Assembly (NCBI GenBank): GCA_022508305.1
Contig: JAFLVM010000002.1
Coordinates: 91,729 to 155,728, forward strand
Origin: Clostridiales bacterium
GTDB taxonomy: Bacteria > Bacillota > Clostridia > Christensenellales > CAG-314
DNA: 64,000 nt
Direction: 5' to 3'
The notes beneath the pieces are model-generated. The model was not told the DNA's origin. It ran no database searches and saw nothing but the letters and a program-made list of their open reading frames with translations. The first letter of the stretch is position 1. Each line of letters opens with the position of its first letter. The translations under genes were made by a program, and so were the position numbers. Of this stretch, positions 9,409 through 18,571 are shown piece after piece.

Positions 9409-9819
9409 TTGAAAGAAGAAAACAAGTACAGCGATATAATAAATTTGCCCCATCATCAGTCAAAAAACCGACCCCATATGTCGAATTTTGACAGGGCTGC
9501 GCAATTTTCACCCTTTGCCGCGCTCAAAGGCTACGACGACGAGATTGACGAAGCGGCGCGGCTAACGGAAATGCAGCTGGAGGCTGACGACGAGAGAATA
9601 CGTGAGATAAACGAAAAGCTACTGCTGCTGAAAGAATTGGCAAGCCAACACCCATTGGTTGCGATTACCTATTTCAAGCCTGATGACAAAAAGGACGGCG
9701 GCGCCTATCTCACATCCGAGGGCGCGCTCAAGAAACTGGACGAGTACAACCGTCAACTCCTACTGTCAACTAATGTGAAAATACAGTTTGATGACATTAT
9801 AAAAATAGATTTTATTTGA
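9409..9819 (+). CDS. Small accessory protein of the Y-family polymerase (YolD-like / UmuD-analogue, putative)
   Basis: 136 aa, immediately downstream of the polymerase. The motif DIINLPHHQSKNRPHMSNFDRAAQFSPFAAL resembles the partner proteins of Firmicute UmuC-like polymerases. TTG start at 9409 with GGAG 8 nt upstream. The conserved N-terminal motif lies upstream of the first ATG (9478). Confidence 0.55.
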   Translation: MKEENKYSDIINLPHHQSKNRPHMSNFDRAAQFSPFAALKGYDDEIDEAARLTEMQLEADDERIREINEKLLLLKELASQHPLVAITYFKPDDKKDGGAYLTSEGALKKLDEYNRQLLLSTNVKIQFDDIIKIDFI

Positions 9820-9871
9820 TGCAGTGTAGAAAACTAAATATCTATTGTAAAAATATAATTTACAAAAAGCG

Positions 9872-9905
9872 ACTCCGCCGAGAATTTCGGCGGAGTTTTG
9901 ATTTT
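9872..9905 (+). terminator. Terminator between convergent genes
   Basis: ACTCCGCCGA (9872-9881), 5-nt loop, TCGGCGGAGT (9887-9896), then TTTGATTTT. The A-run upstream gives partial bidirectional function. Confidence 0.8.
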
Positions 9906-9971
9906 GTGTATTTTATTTTGTTTTAGTCTTTATCTACGGTTTAGTCGTTTCCGTTTGGCGTTGTTGCGCTC

Positions 9972-12629
9972 TTACGCAAGCTTTGTAAGTGTGTTATTGG
10001 ACAGGTTAATGCTGTACAGATGTCCGTCGCCGTCGCCCTTACTCGGATAGTCGGCGGAGTAGGTTATTGAAATACTGATGAAATACAGTTGTCCGTTTGC
10101 CACTGTCAATCCATGTCCAACCTTGTTTGTCAGTTTTATAGTTGCTCCTGTTGCAATGTCGTAAGCGTATATGCCGATAGTTTTGCTATTGGTACTTGTG
10201 TAGTATACGACGCCGTCGTTTAAGTACAGATCGGTGACTTCCAAGTCTGTCGCGATTGTTTTCACGTCCGTTCCGTCCAGCATGCACGACTTAAATCCCT
10301 TACTCGTATGATCGAAGTAGTAGTATCTGTTTCCGTAAATAACGAAGTTGTCCGACTTTATATTAGTACTGGTAGCATCTTCCAAGCCGTCGGTAATATT
10401 GTGAGTGTAAATATACTTGTAACCTACCGCCGGGTTGATGGTGAAGTGGAACTGTCCGTTTAGCAGGAAGAGTTTAGTAATGTGGACGTTCTTCTTTTTG
10501 TACAGCTCCGTTTCATTCTGTCCGTCCAAATCCATACGAACAATACGGTTGGTGTTTTCCTGTCCTACAATTATCGGGGGTTGTACGCGCAAAGCGTAGA
10601 TGTAATCCCCTTCGAATATTAGGTGTTCGTATCTATGGGAGGAAATTTTTTCCGGTTCTGCCTCAACGTTTGACAAATCCAACCGCCACAGCGCGTAATT
10701 GGTGACGATATACGTGCTGTAGTACATATAGTTGCCGTTGAAGTAAACGTTAGATACGTTGTCAGTCAGCACCTTGAAGTTGCCCTTGGTTTGAGGGTTG
10801 TACTTGTACAAGCTGTTGCCGTCCAGTACGTTGGTGTAGTAGATTTCACCCTTGTAGGTAGCCAGATGCGCGTACGGGTATGCGGAGAATGTGGGTGTAT
10901 CCTCAACGGGTTGGAAGTTGCGCATCAAGTCCGTTTCTGCTTCCGTAGTCGTGTTGTAGCGATACAAATGTTGGTCGCTGAGCTTGTAGTAGTAGAGGTA
11001 CACGCTGTCGCTTGCAAGGGCAAAATAGCCGTCGCCGTCGTTGCTTTCAAGCACTTTTTCGCCCGTGAGCAGATTGCCGCTGACTGAAACTCTGTAGATT
11101 CCCTTTCCGAAAATGTTACTCGTCACCAAATCCTTGTTGACGTAGTAAATGTATTCTCCAACCTTGGTGAGATACGCGCCGTTGTCAACACACAGTTTAG
11201 TTGTCTGACCGTTACTTATATGGTATTTGTGAATGGACGAGCCTGTCAGCGTGTGTTCGGTAAAGAATACGTCGCCGTCCTCTACGAGAATATCCGACAC
11301 CTTGTTGTCGTGGAGCTTGGTTCCGTTGCCGTTGTTTGCAGTGACGGATATGCGGTAAAGTCTACTGCCGTCCGACGTGTTGGAGTAGTATATGTAACCG
11401 CCGTAGTAAGCAATATAGTCCGCCTTGTCCGTCGTCAGACGTACGGGGCTTTGGTCGTCCGAATTGACGTTGACCTTGTAAATGCCGTTTTCGCCTTTGG
11501 TATCTATTAAATTTGCTTTAGCGTAATAAATATTACCGTCGTTGTCGCACGTAAGATAGGTGGCTCTTCCGGGATTAAATACCGACGTCGGCTGCCCCGT
11601 CGTGAGCGATTTGATGGATTGGTTGAGTAATCCGCCGCTGTAGAAGTACAACGCCGAGCCGTTAGTGGCAAAGTAGGTCGCTACGTCGTTGGACACCTTT
11701 GTTACGTTGCCGTTACTTACGCGGTACAACTTGTTGCCGTCAAGACTGTTTTGGAAATATATTTCTCCGTTGAAGAACGCCACGTAAAGCATTTGCTCGT
11801 TGGAGTAGATTGTGAGCGTTGCGTTGAGCTTTAGCGTGACGTAGTTGTCGCCGCTAAGAATTGCAGTAACTGTGTGTTTGCCAACTGTTGTAACGCCCGT
11901 TGCTTCCTCGCCGTCGTAAAGGTACTTGACGGTGACGCCTGCGGGAACGTTGCCAACTACGAATATTGAATGAGATAATTGGTCGTACTCGACACGGTTA
12001 TCACTAAGCGTCACACCTTCAATTTGCGCCTTGTTTATTATCAGTTTTGCCTCAAGCGTCAAGGTGTTGTAACATTCGCCACTAAGCGTAGCGGTAGCGT
12101 TGTACGTGCCTGCGTTGGTGCCTTTGTTGCTTTCGTAGCTAACGGATACGCCCTCGGGGATTGTTCCCGAAACGGTAATTTCGTGCTCGTTGCCGTCGTA
12201 AGTCACGGTGAGGCTACTGAACGTTACACCCGTTATTGTTGCCTTATTTATTGTTAGTTTGGCTGTAAGTGTCAAGGTGTTGTAACCTTCGCCACTAAGA
12301 GTAGCGGTGGCATTGTACACGCCTACCTTCGTCCCCTTGTTATTGACGTACTGTACCGTAACGTCCTCGGGGATTGTTCCCGAGACGGTGATTTCATGCT
12401 CCTCGCCATCGTAAGTCACGGTGAGGTTGTCGAACGTCACGCCCGTTATCGTCTTCTTGGACGGGTCAACCGGATCGGTAGGCGTTGGGTCATTGGGTTC
12501 TGTAGAACCTGCTGGCGGTCCGCTTGGCGTTTCCGGCGTATCATTGCACGCGCCAATTAGCGTCAGCGCAAACGCTAACACCACAAACAAAACTACAATC
12601 AGACTGAGTTTGGTAAACCTTCTCATCAA
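9972..12629 (-). CDS. Surface lipoprotein: 3 MBG-type Ig-like repeats plus a long beta-propeller-like (DUF5050-like) repeat region
   Basis: 885 aa. Signal peptide with lipobox LIGAC, then a Pro/Thr linker. Three units of about 73 aa follow (ITGVTF..LTVTYDG.EHEITVSG.IPE.V.V.Y...KGT..G.Y.ATATLSG). After these come many degenerate repeats of the type G.IYY.N..D...LYR. Confidence 0.8.
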   Translation of the reverse strand: MMRRFTKLSLIVVLFVVLAFALTLIGACNDTPETPSGPPAGSTEPNDPTPTDPVDPSKKTITGVTFDNLTVTYDGEEHEITVSGTIPEDVTVQYVNNKGTKVGVYNATATLSGEGYNTLTLTAKLTINKATITGVTFSSLTVTYDGNEHEITVSGTIPEGVSVSYESNKGTNAGTYNATATLSGECYNTLTLEAKLIINKAQIEGVTLSDNRVEYDQLSHSIFVVGNVPAGVTVKYLYDGEEATGVTTVGKHTVTAILSGDNYVTLKLNATLTIYSNEQMLYVAFFNGEIYFQNSLDGNKLYRVSNGNVTKVSNDVATYFATNGSALYFYSGGLLNQSIKSLTTGQPTSVFNPGRATYLTCDNDGNIYYAKANLIDTKGENGIYKVNVNSDDQSPVRLTTDKADYIAYYGGYIYYSNTSDGSRLYRISVTANNGNGTKLHDNKVSDILVEDGDVFFTEHTLTGSSIHKYHISNGQTTKLCVDNGAYLTKVGEYIYYVNKDLVTSNIFGKGIYRVSVSGNLLTGEKVLESNDGDGYFALASDSVYLYYYKLSDQHLYRYNTTTEAETDLMRNFQPVEDTPTFSAYPYAHLATYKGEIYYTNVLDGNSLYKYNPQTKGNFKVLTDNVSNVYFNGNYMYYSTYIVTNYALWRLDLSNVEAEPEKISSHRYEHLIFEGDYIYALRVQPPIIVGQENTNRIVRMDLDGQNETELYKKKNVHITKLFLLNGQFHFTINPAVGYKYIYTHNITDGLEDATSTNIKSDNFVIYGNRYYYFDHTSKGFKSCMLDGTDVKTIATDLEVTDLYLNDGVVYYTSTNSKTIGIYAYDIATGATIKLTNKVGHGLTVANGQLYFISISITYSADYPSKGDGDGHLYSINLSNNTLTKLA
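11804..12461 (-). repeat. Three tandem coding repeats of about 219 nt (MBG-like modules)
   Basis: Approximately residues 57-275 of the 885-aa protein. Units 1 and 2 are nearly identical at the protein level and unit 3 is diverged. Confidence 0.7.
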
Positions 12630-12789
12630 CGTACTCCTTTTTCCTCGCTAACGTGTATTTTAGTAATACTACTGTATTTTTTGTTATAAACATTTTACCA
12701 AAAACAAAAGGCTTTGTATATAGTTTCTTTTCAACTAAAAGTTGAATTTATCGACTTATCGTAGAATTTCGCAAGTTTCGACTGTATAT

Positions 12790-12818
12790 TTGACGGCAGC
12801 GGTGTATTTTGGTACAAT
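12790..12818 (+). promoter_or_regulatory. SigA-type promoter for thyA
   Basis: TTGACG (12790-12795), 17-nt spacer, TACAAT (12813-12818). Confidence 0.5.
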
Positions 12819-12853
12819 ACAAGCAAGTAATTGCGACCTAAGAGGAAGTGCAA

Positions 12854-13684
12854 ATGAGCAGAGCAGACCAATTGTTTATTCAAAATATTCGCGACATTCT
12901 CGACCACGGTGTATCGGATGAGGGAATGGACGTGCGTCCTCGTTGGGCGGACGGAACACCCGCGCATACGAAGAAGCTTTTTTGCGTAGTTAATCGCTAC
13001 AATCTACAAGAGGAATTTCCCGTAATCACACTCAGGCGTACTGCTTTTAAGTCGGCGGTGGACGAGCTGTTGTGGATTTGGCAGAAGAAGAGTAACAATA
13101 TTAGCCAGCTCAAATCTCACATTTGGGACAGTTGGGCGGATGAAACGGGAAGTATTGGCAAGGCGTACGGCTATCAACTGGGAGTAAAGCACGTTTACCC
13201 CGAAGGCGAGTTCGATCAGGTGGACAGGGTACTGTACGACTTGAAACACAATCCGCAAAGCCGTAGAATAATCACCAACATCTACGTTCACGCGGACTTG
13301 CACGAGATGAATTTGTACCCTTGCGCCTATTCGGTAACCTTTAACGTGTGTAACGGCAGGCTCAACGCCATACTCAATCAACGTTCCAACGATATGGCAG
13401 TTGCCAACAACTGGAACGTGGCGCAGTACGCGGTTCTTGTACACATGTTGGCTCAGGTCAGCGGACTTCAAGTAGGCGAGCTTGTACACGTCATTGCCGA
13501 CGCTCACGTGTACGACAGGCACGTTCCGCAGTTGGAACGTATGCTTGAAGGTACACCGCACCCCGCTCCCAAGTTTGTAATCAACAAGAACGTTACGGAT
13601 TTTTACAAATTTACCGTGGACGACGTAGCCCTCGTTGACTACGAATTTGAGCCTTTCAACGAAAAATTTGAAGTGGCAATCTGA
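12854..13684 (+). CDS. thyA: Thymidylate synthase (ThyA, B. subtilis ThyA-like subtype)
   Basis: Co-linear with my recollection of B. subtilis ThyA (DVRPRWADGTPAHT, ELLWIWQKKSN, NPQSRRII, YPCAY, RSNDMAVANNWNV, DAHVYDRH). ATG 12854 follows SD AAGAGGAAG. The GTG at 12848 is too close to the SD. Confidence 0.93.
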   Translation: MSRADQLFIQNIRDILDHGVSDEGMDVRPRWADGTPAHTKKLFCVVNRYNLQEEFPVITLRRTAFKSAVDELLWIWQKKSNNISQLKSHIWDSWADETGSIGKAYGYQLGVKHVYPEGEFDQVDRVLYDLKHNPQSRRIITNIYVHADLHEMNLYPCAYSVTFNVCNGRLNAILNQRSNDMAVANNWNVAQYAVLVHMLAQVSGLQVGELVHVIADAHVYDRHVPQLERMLEGTPHPAPKFVINKNVTDFYKFTVDDVALVDYEFEPFNEKFEVAI

Positions 13685-13847
13685 TAGGAATTGCTACGGT
13701 AATATAACACGTATCAGCCCTCTAAAAAGCCGAAATTCAACCGCAGAACTTCGGTTTTTTAAATTTTCAAAGATATTTCGGTAAACGTGGGACAAAATCT
13801 TCTTGAAAATGGTTATATTGTTGGAAAACAATTCTAAGGTGAATGAA

Positions 13848-15035
13848 ATGTCAAGAAACAAACGAATTCTAATTTCAGTAATTTTGCTTGTACTTATGTG
13901 CGCGTCGGCGCTTATAACGCTTTCTGCGTGTAGTTTGACGGATTTGGGAAGCGGTATACACGTACATTCGAATGGCGTGTACTATACCGTCTACCCGTTT
14001 AAATTCTATGCAACGGTACACGGATTTGACCAAACGGATGATGCTGCGCAAATTTATGCCATACCTTCTCACGTAAGGTATTTGGGCGCCAAGTATGCTG
14101 TAACAAAATTTGATATTCCCAGCAACTTAGACGGTATAGATTCTGATTGGTACAGGATAGTACACGGCGGTGGCTACGCGAAAGAACTCGTAGTGCCCAA
14201 AACAGTAGAGTCAATAAGTTTGAGAGAGCCAATAGGTTTGAGCGACTCGAATTATGACTTCAAAAATTTGACTTCCATTACCGTCGATGCAGAAAACGAG
14301 CATTACAAGAGCGTAGACGGAGTACTGTACACGGCGGACGGCAGCGGGATGTTATTTTATCCACCCGCGAAATCAAACGCGTACTTTACTATGCCCAAAG
14401 AAGTCACTCACATTTACTCTACCGCAAAGTTCGACAAAATCGAAGCCATACGGGAATTTTACGTGGAGAGTGGCAGTCAAACCTACCGCGCAATAAACGG
14501 CGCGATATATACTTTTGACGGAAGCAAGCTTTTGTATTACCCGCGCGGCAAACACACCGATACGTTTGTAATTCCCAAGGAGATGACGTATTTTGACTGT
14601 AACTTTTTCCGTAACAACAAATATATCAAATATTTTCAGGCGGAAGAGGGAAACAGTGTTTACAGCGCGATAGATGGCAACGTGTACTCGGCAGACGGTG
14701 GAATACTGTTGTTCCGAAAGTCGAGCGACGATAACGTAGCGTTGGCGCTCCCGCAGTCCGTCAAGATTGTTTATGGAGATGCATTATCAGGCGTGAAATA
14801 TTTGTATATACCTTCGAGCTTGGAAAAAGTCGTTTTCGAAGTGGGTTCTTTCTATGGCGAAATAAACTCAAAAAATCCACTCGGTAAGGTACAATACGTA
14901 TTTTTCGAAAGCGACACGCTACCCGATTACGCGAGATACGTTCAGTTTAAATCGGCGTATTTGGGTGTTACGCGTGAACAGTTTCGTCTGGCAGTGGACG
15001 GAGATTTCGGGCAATTACAGCCTTTAAATTTGTAG
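13848..15035 (+). CDS. BspA-type leucine-rich-repeat (LRR_5) lipoprotein
   Basis: Start MSRNKRILISVILLVLMCASALITLSACSL (lipobox LSAC) with SD AAGGTGA. Repeats of the form ENEHYKSVDGVLYTADGSGMLFYPPAK are typical of LRR_5 surface proteins. The upstream TTG at 13803 is rejected. Confidence 0.75.
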   Translation: MSRNKRILISVILLVLMCASALITLSACSLTDLGSGIHVHSNGVYYTVYPFKFYATVHGFDQTDDAAQIYAIPSHVRYLGAKYAVTKFDIPSNLDGIDSDWYRIVHGGGYAKELVVPKTVESISLREPIGLSDSNYDFKNLTSITVDAENEHYKSVDGVLYTADGSGMLFYPPAKSNAYFTMPKEVTHIYSTAKFDKIEAIREFYVESGSQTYRAINGAIYTFDGSKLLYYPRGKHTDTFVIPKEMTYFDCNFFRNNKYIKYFQAEEGNSVYSAIDGNVYSADGGILLFRKSSDDNVALALPQSVKIVYGDALSGVKYLYIPSSLEKVVFEVGSFYGEINSKNPLGKVQYVFFESDTLPDYARYVQFKSAYLGVTREQFRLAVDGDFGQLQPLNL

Positions 15036-15056
15036 AAGACGCAAGGAGACGTGTAC

Positions 15057-16061
15057 ATGACTAACAGAAAAAAAATCATATCGTTCGTTTTAATATCTCT
15101 GCTTATCGTTACTTCAATGTTGCTTTTGTGTAGCTGTGTAGACGATTACGAAGAGTATCACGGCGACGGCGTATATGCAATCTTGTACCGTAACGGAACC
15201 GCAAGGGTTTACGCTTTTGACAAAGCGCTCGACGCCGGTTGGTACGACGCTCAAATCTGTATCGTTCCGAGTATTATTGAGGACGACGGCAAAACGTATA
15301 CGGTTACGGCATTTGGAGGAGACGATGACTTTACTAAGGCGTTAGTCAACGACGGCGGACATGCCAAAGAAATCGTAATTCCTGAAACGGTAACGGAAAT
15401 AGAATTGGACTACTATTCTTTGTCCGATACCTTTGACTATCTCGAACGTTTTACCGTTGATTCGGACAATCCGCAGTACAAAAGTGAAAACGGCGTGCTG
15501 TACAACAAGGACGGTAGCCGTCTTATCATGTATCCGCCTGCAAAAAAAGATACGACCTTCGTGATACCGAGCCAACTTGCCCAAATTGATAGCGTGCAGT
15601 ACAACTACTGTAACAAATACATCAAAGAAATAGAGGTGGAGAAAGGTAACGCATTTTTTAAGGTTTGCGACAACGCTTTGTATTCGATAGACGGCGAAAC
15701 GCTCGTGTACGTTCCTTACGGTCACAGCGAAAACCTCGCCTTGCCCGACGGAATCGTAACGATTGACTATTGCGCGTTACGTTATGCCAATATCGTCAAT
15801 TTGTACGTGCCGCAACGCATATTTAGAGATGAGCAAAACGACTACCAATTTATTCTTAACGTCGTTTACGACAGCAGGCGTAACCTTTCCGATAACCACC
15901 CGTTTAGGTACGTACGAAACGTCTATTTCTACGACGGGGAATTGCCAAAATTTTTGAATAATATCAACCTGCCGTACACGGAGTTCCACTTTGGAGTTTC
16001 GCGCGACGCCTTTTGGGAAACGGTCGGCGGTAGCGTTGAAAGTGACGGAAATTTAGCGTAA
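15057..16061 (+). CDS. BspA-type leucine-rich-repeat (LRR_5) lipoprotein, paralogue of the preceding gene
   Basis: MTNRKKIISFVLISLLIVTSMLLLCSCVDD (lipobox LCSC). SD AAGGAG lies 8 nt upstream of ATG 15057. Shares the motif DSDNPQYKSENGVLYNKDGSRLIMYPPAKKDTTFVIP with the neighbouring gene. Confidence 0.75.
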   Translation: MTNRKKIISFVLISLLIVTSMLLLCSCVDDYEEYHGDGVYAILYRNGTARVYAFDKALDAGWYDAQICIVPSIIEDDGKTYTVTAFGGDDDFTKALVNDGGHAKEIVIPETVTEIELDYYSLSDTFDYLERFTVDSDNPQYKSENGVLYNKDGSRLIMYPPAKKDTTFVIPSQLAQIDSVQYNYCNKYIKEIEVEKGNAFFKVCDNALYSIDGETLVYVPYGHSENLALPDGIVTIDYCALRYANIVNLYVPQRIFRDEQNDYQFILNVVYDSRRNLSDNHPFRYVRNVYFYDGELPKFLNNINLPYTEFHFGVSRDAFWETVGGSVESDGNLA

Positions 16062-16147
16062 TATCCCAAAATACCCGTAAATCCTTGCCAATATAGCCAA
16101 ACGATAGTACAATTTTTGTAACGTATGGTTTATCGGGAGTTGCAGTT

Positions 16148-16639
16148 ATGAATTTAATCGTAGTCGTAGACGAAAAATGGGGAATAGGCAAAAACAACGG
16201 TTTGTTGTTCCGCTTGAAAAAAGACATGGAGTATTTTAAGCAGACCACAACGGGCAAGGTCGTGGTCATGGGCGCGAACACCTACGCAAGCTTTCCCAAC
16301 GGCGCGCTTAAAAACAGGGTGAACGTTGTGTTGGACGACAGTGGGAAAACATACCCCGACGCGACAGCCGTTTCGAGCGTGGAAAGTCTTTTCGAATTGC
16401 TGAAATCCTACTCCGACGACGATATATTCGTAATAGGCGGCGCTTCAGTCTACAAGCTGTTACTCAACGATTGCAAGCGCGCTTTTGTCACAAAAGTCGA
16501 GGCGGACGGCGGCGCAGAACTGTTTTTCCCCAATCTCGACCAACTACCCAACTGGCAGCTTGTGGATACGAGCGACGAAATTCAAGACGGCAATTACAAA
16601 ATCCGCTTTTGCATATACGTAAACAATGAATTAGCCTAA
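16148..16639 (+). CDS. folA: Dihydrofolate reductase
   Basis: 163 aa. MNLIVVVDEKWGIGKNNGLLFRLKKDMEYFKQTTTGKVVVMGANTY and a GGASVYK motif. Confidence 0.92.
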   Translation: MNLIVVVDEKWGIGKNNGLLFRLKKDMEYFKQTTTGKVVVMGANTYASFPNGALKNRVNVVLDDSGKTYPDATAVSSVESLFELLKSYSDDDIFVIGGASVYKLLLNDCKRAFVTKVEADGGAELFFPNLDQLPNWQLVDTSDEIQDGNYKIRFCIYVNNELA

Positions 16640-16787
16640 AAAAAGAGAAAAATACGGCAGTAACGCACAATTTCAGGCGTTTTTGCTGCCGATTACCCTC
16701 ATTTGATTGTATAAAAACAGGTTTTATGTTAAAATATTCAACGACTGCCAAGCTTGGCGGTCGTTTGTTTGTGAGAGGAATAAATTT

Positions 16788-18437
16788 GTGACTAAAAAGA
16801 CCAAAGATAAAGTAAATAATATGCCACCCGTAGAGGAAAAAATTACTGCTGATGGCGATAATTCGACTGAGAGTTCGGTCGGCTTTGCGGAAAGCACTGT
16901 AGACGAGAATAGACTTGATTTAGAGGCAAATGACGCAGAAGAACCTACACGCCCCACCGGCGAGGCGTTGCAGTCGGACAAGATGCGTAACACCAAGATT
17001 GGCAAATTGCTTTTGACTATGAGCTTGCCCGCAATCTTCTCTATGCTTGTTCAGGCGCTGTATAACGTCGTTGACTCGCTGTTTTTGACAGGTATCAGCT
17101 ACACCGTAGACGGTTACGTCGGCTCCAACATCGGTAAGGATTCCTTCAATGCGGTAAGCGTGGTTATGCCAATTACGATGATTGTCGTAGCCTTGGGCAT
17201 TGGTATAGGCGTCGGCGCGAACGCGTATATTGCCCGCAAACTCGGCGAAGGCAACCGCGAAAAAGCCAACAAAGCGGCAAAAACGGCGGTAGTGATGGCA
17301 ATATTTGCCTGGGTACTAATGGCGGCGCTTGCATTCGTAGTGTCCAAGCCCTTTATGCGCGCGTACGTCACAAGCGAAAACGCCACCGACGTGGACTACG
17401 TGGTAGAGCAGGGCGCATTGTACCTTGCAATCTACATGGCGGGCAGTATTGGCGTAATAATGGACATTACGCTTGCGCGTATTTTGCAGGCAACGGGCAA
17501 CATGAAAGTACCCATGATAACTCAGCTTGTGGGCGCGCTGACCAACATTGCCCTTGACGCGCTGTTTATCGTGGGCTTCAAAATGGGCGTGTTTGGCGCA
17601 ATTTTGGCGACGGTGATCGGTCAGTGGGCTGCTGCGGGCATAGACGTAGCGGTGTTCATATTCAAAAAACAGGATGTTTCCATTTCCCTCAAGGGCTTCC
17701 GTTTCGAAAAGAAATATTTTGGCAGAATTTTGCGTATCGGTACGCCTGCATTTATCATGAACGCTATGAGCTCCGTTGTGACTCTTATTATGTACGCGCT
17801 GCTAAGAAAGTACGGCAACGGCATCACGGTGCTGTCGGCGTACTTCAAGGTTCAGTCCTTCATATTTATGCCCATTTTCGGACTTATGCAGGGCGCAATG
17901 CCAATACTCAGCTACAACTACGGCGCCAACCAAAAAAAGCGCTTCAACGACACCTTCAAGTTGGCGTTGTACATTTCGCTTGGCGTAATGGTGGTGGGAA
18001 CGCTACTGTTCCAAATTTGTCCTGACGCATTGATGTCGATATTTGAGAGTAAACCCACTGCGGACATGACCGCCGAGGAGCTTATTAAGCTTGCAAACGA
18101 CAACAAGGTACTGATACAAGAGGGAGCCTACGCTTTCCGAGCGATAAGCATTGCCTTTATTCCCGCGGCGTTTAGCATACTGATTATCAACATGCTGCAG
18201 TCCATCAACTGTCCGATTTCCAGTTTGCTTATGAGCTTGTCCCGTCAGCTTATATTCCTTATTCCGTCGGCGTTCCTATTTGAATACTTGTGGCAACAAA
18301 GCGGAATTTGGTTCTGCTATCCCGTTGCGGAAGTGCTGTCGGTACTGGTGTATTTGCCATTTGCAATCCGCGACTACCGCAAGCAATTTGCCTACAAGGA
18401 AAAGCAATATCTTGAGAAAAAATTAGGCAACAATTAA
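16788..18437 (+). CDS. MATE family efflux transporter with an acidic N-terminal extension
   Basis: The core starts at MRNTKIGKLLLTMSLPAIFSMLVQALYNVVDSLF and has 12-TM-type hydrophobicity. GTG 16788 has SD GAGAGGA at 8-nt spacing. The ATG alternatives at 16821 and 16983 lack an SD. The start is uncertain. Confidence 0.8.
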   Translation: MTKKTKDKVNNMPPVEEKITADGDNSTESSVGFAESTVDENRLDLEANDAEEPTRPTGEALQSDKMRNTKIGKLLLTMSLPAIFSMLVQALYNVVDSLFLTGISYTVDGYVGSNIGKDSFNAVSVVMPITMIVVALGIGIGVGANAYIARKLGEGNREKANKAAKTAVVMAIFAWVLMAALAFVVSKPFMRAYVTSENATDVDYVVEQGALYLAIYMAGSIGVIMDITLARILQATGNMKVPMITQLVGALTNIALDALFIVGFKMGVFGAILATVIGQWAAAGIDVAVFIFKKQDVSISLKGFRFEKKYFGRILRIGTPAFIMNAMSSVVTLIMYALLRKYGNGITVLSAYFKVQSFIFMPIFGLMQGAMPILSYNYGANQKKRFNDTFKLALYISLGVMVVGTLLFQICPDALMSIFESKPTADMTAEELIKLANDNKVLIQEGAYAFRAISIAFIPAAFSILIINMLQSINCPISSLLMSLSRQLIFLIPSAFLFEYLWQQSGIWFCYPVAEVLSVLVYLPFAIRDYRKQFAYKEKQYLEKKLGNN

Positions 18438-18496
18438 CCGTATTTTCTCGCCTGAAAATTGACATGGGGTGGGAAAAATTGCATATGAATCAACAA

Positions 18497-18528
18497 ATGG
18501 GGTGAGATTTTTTCTCACCCCATTTTTT
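18497..18528 (+). terminator. Rho-independent terminator after the MATE gene
   Basis: ATGGGGTGAGA (18497-18507), TTTTT loop, TCTCACCCCAT (18513-18523), then TTTTT. Confidence 0.9.
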
Positions 18529-18571
18529 AAACTTGACAGCCGACAGCACTGTCGAAGCCGTTTTTAGCGGA

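Noticed and set aside
18461-18480. The recurring motif (TTGA)CATGGGGTGG(G)AAA at 18461-18480, 55236-55252 and, inside a coding region, 56292-56310. Related ATGGGGTGAGA hairpin arms occur at 2460-2470 and 18497-18507.
   Set aside because: My back-of-envelope estimate is that 12-16-nt matches, and even a three-way 12-mer, are expected about once by chance in 64 kb on both strands. One copy is within an ORF. There is no consistent position relative to genes.
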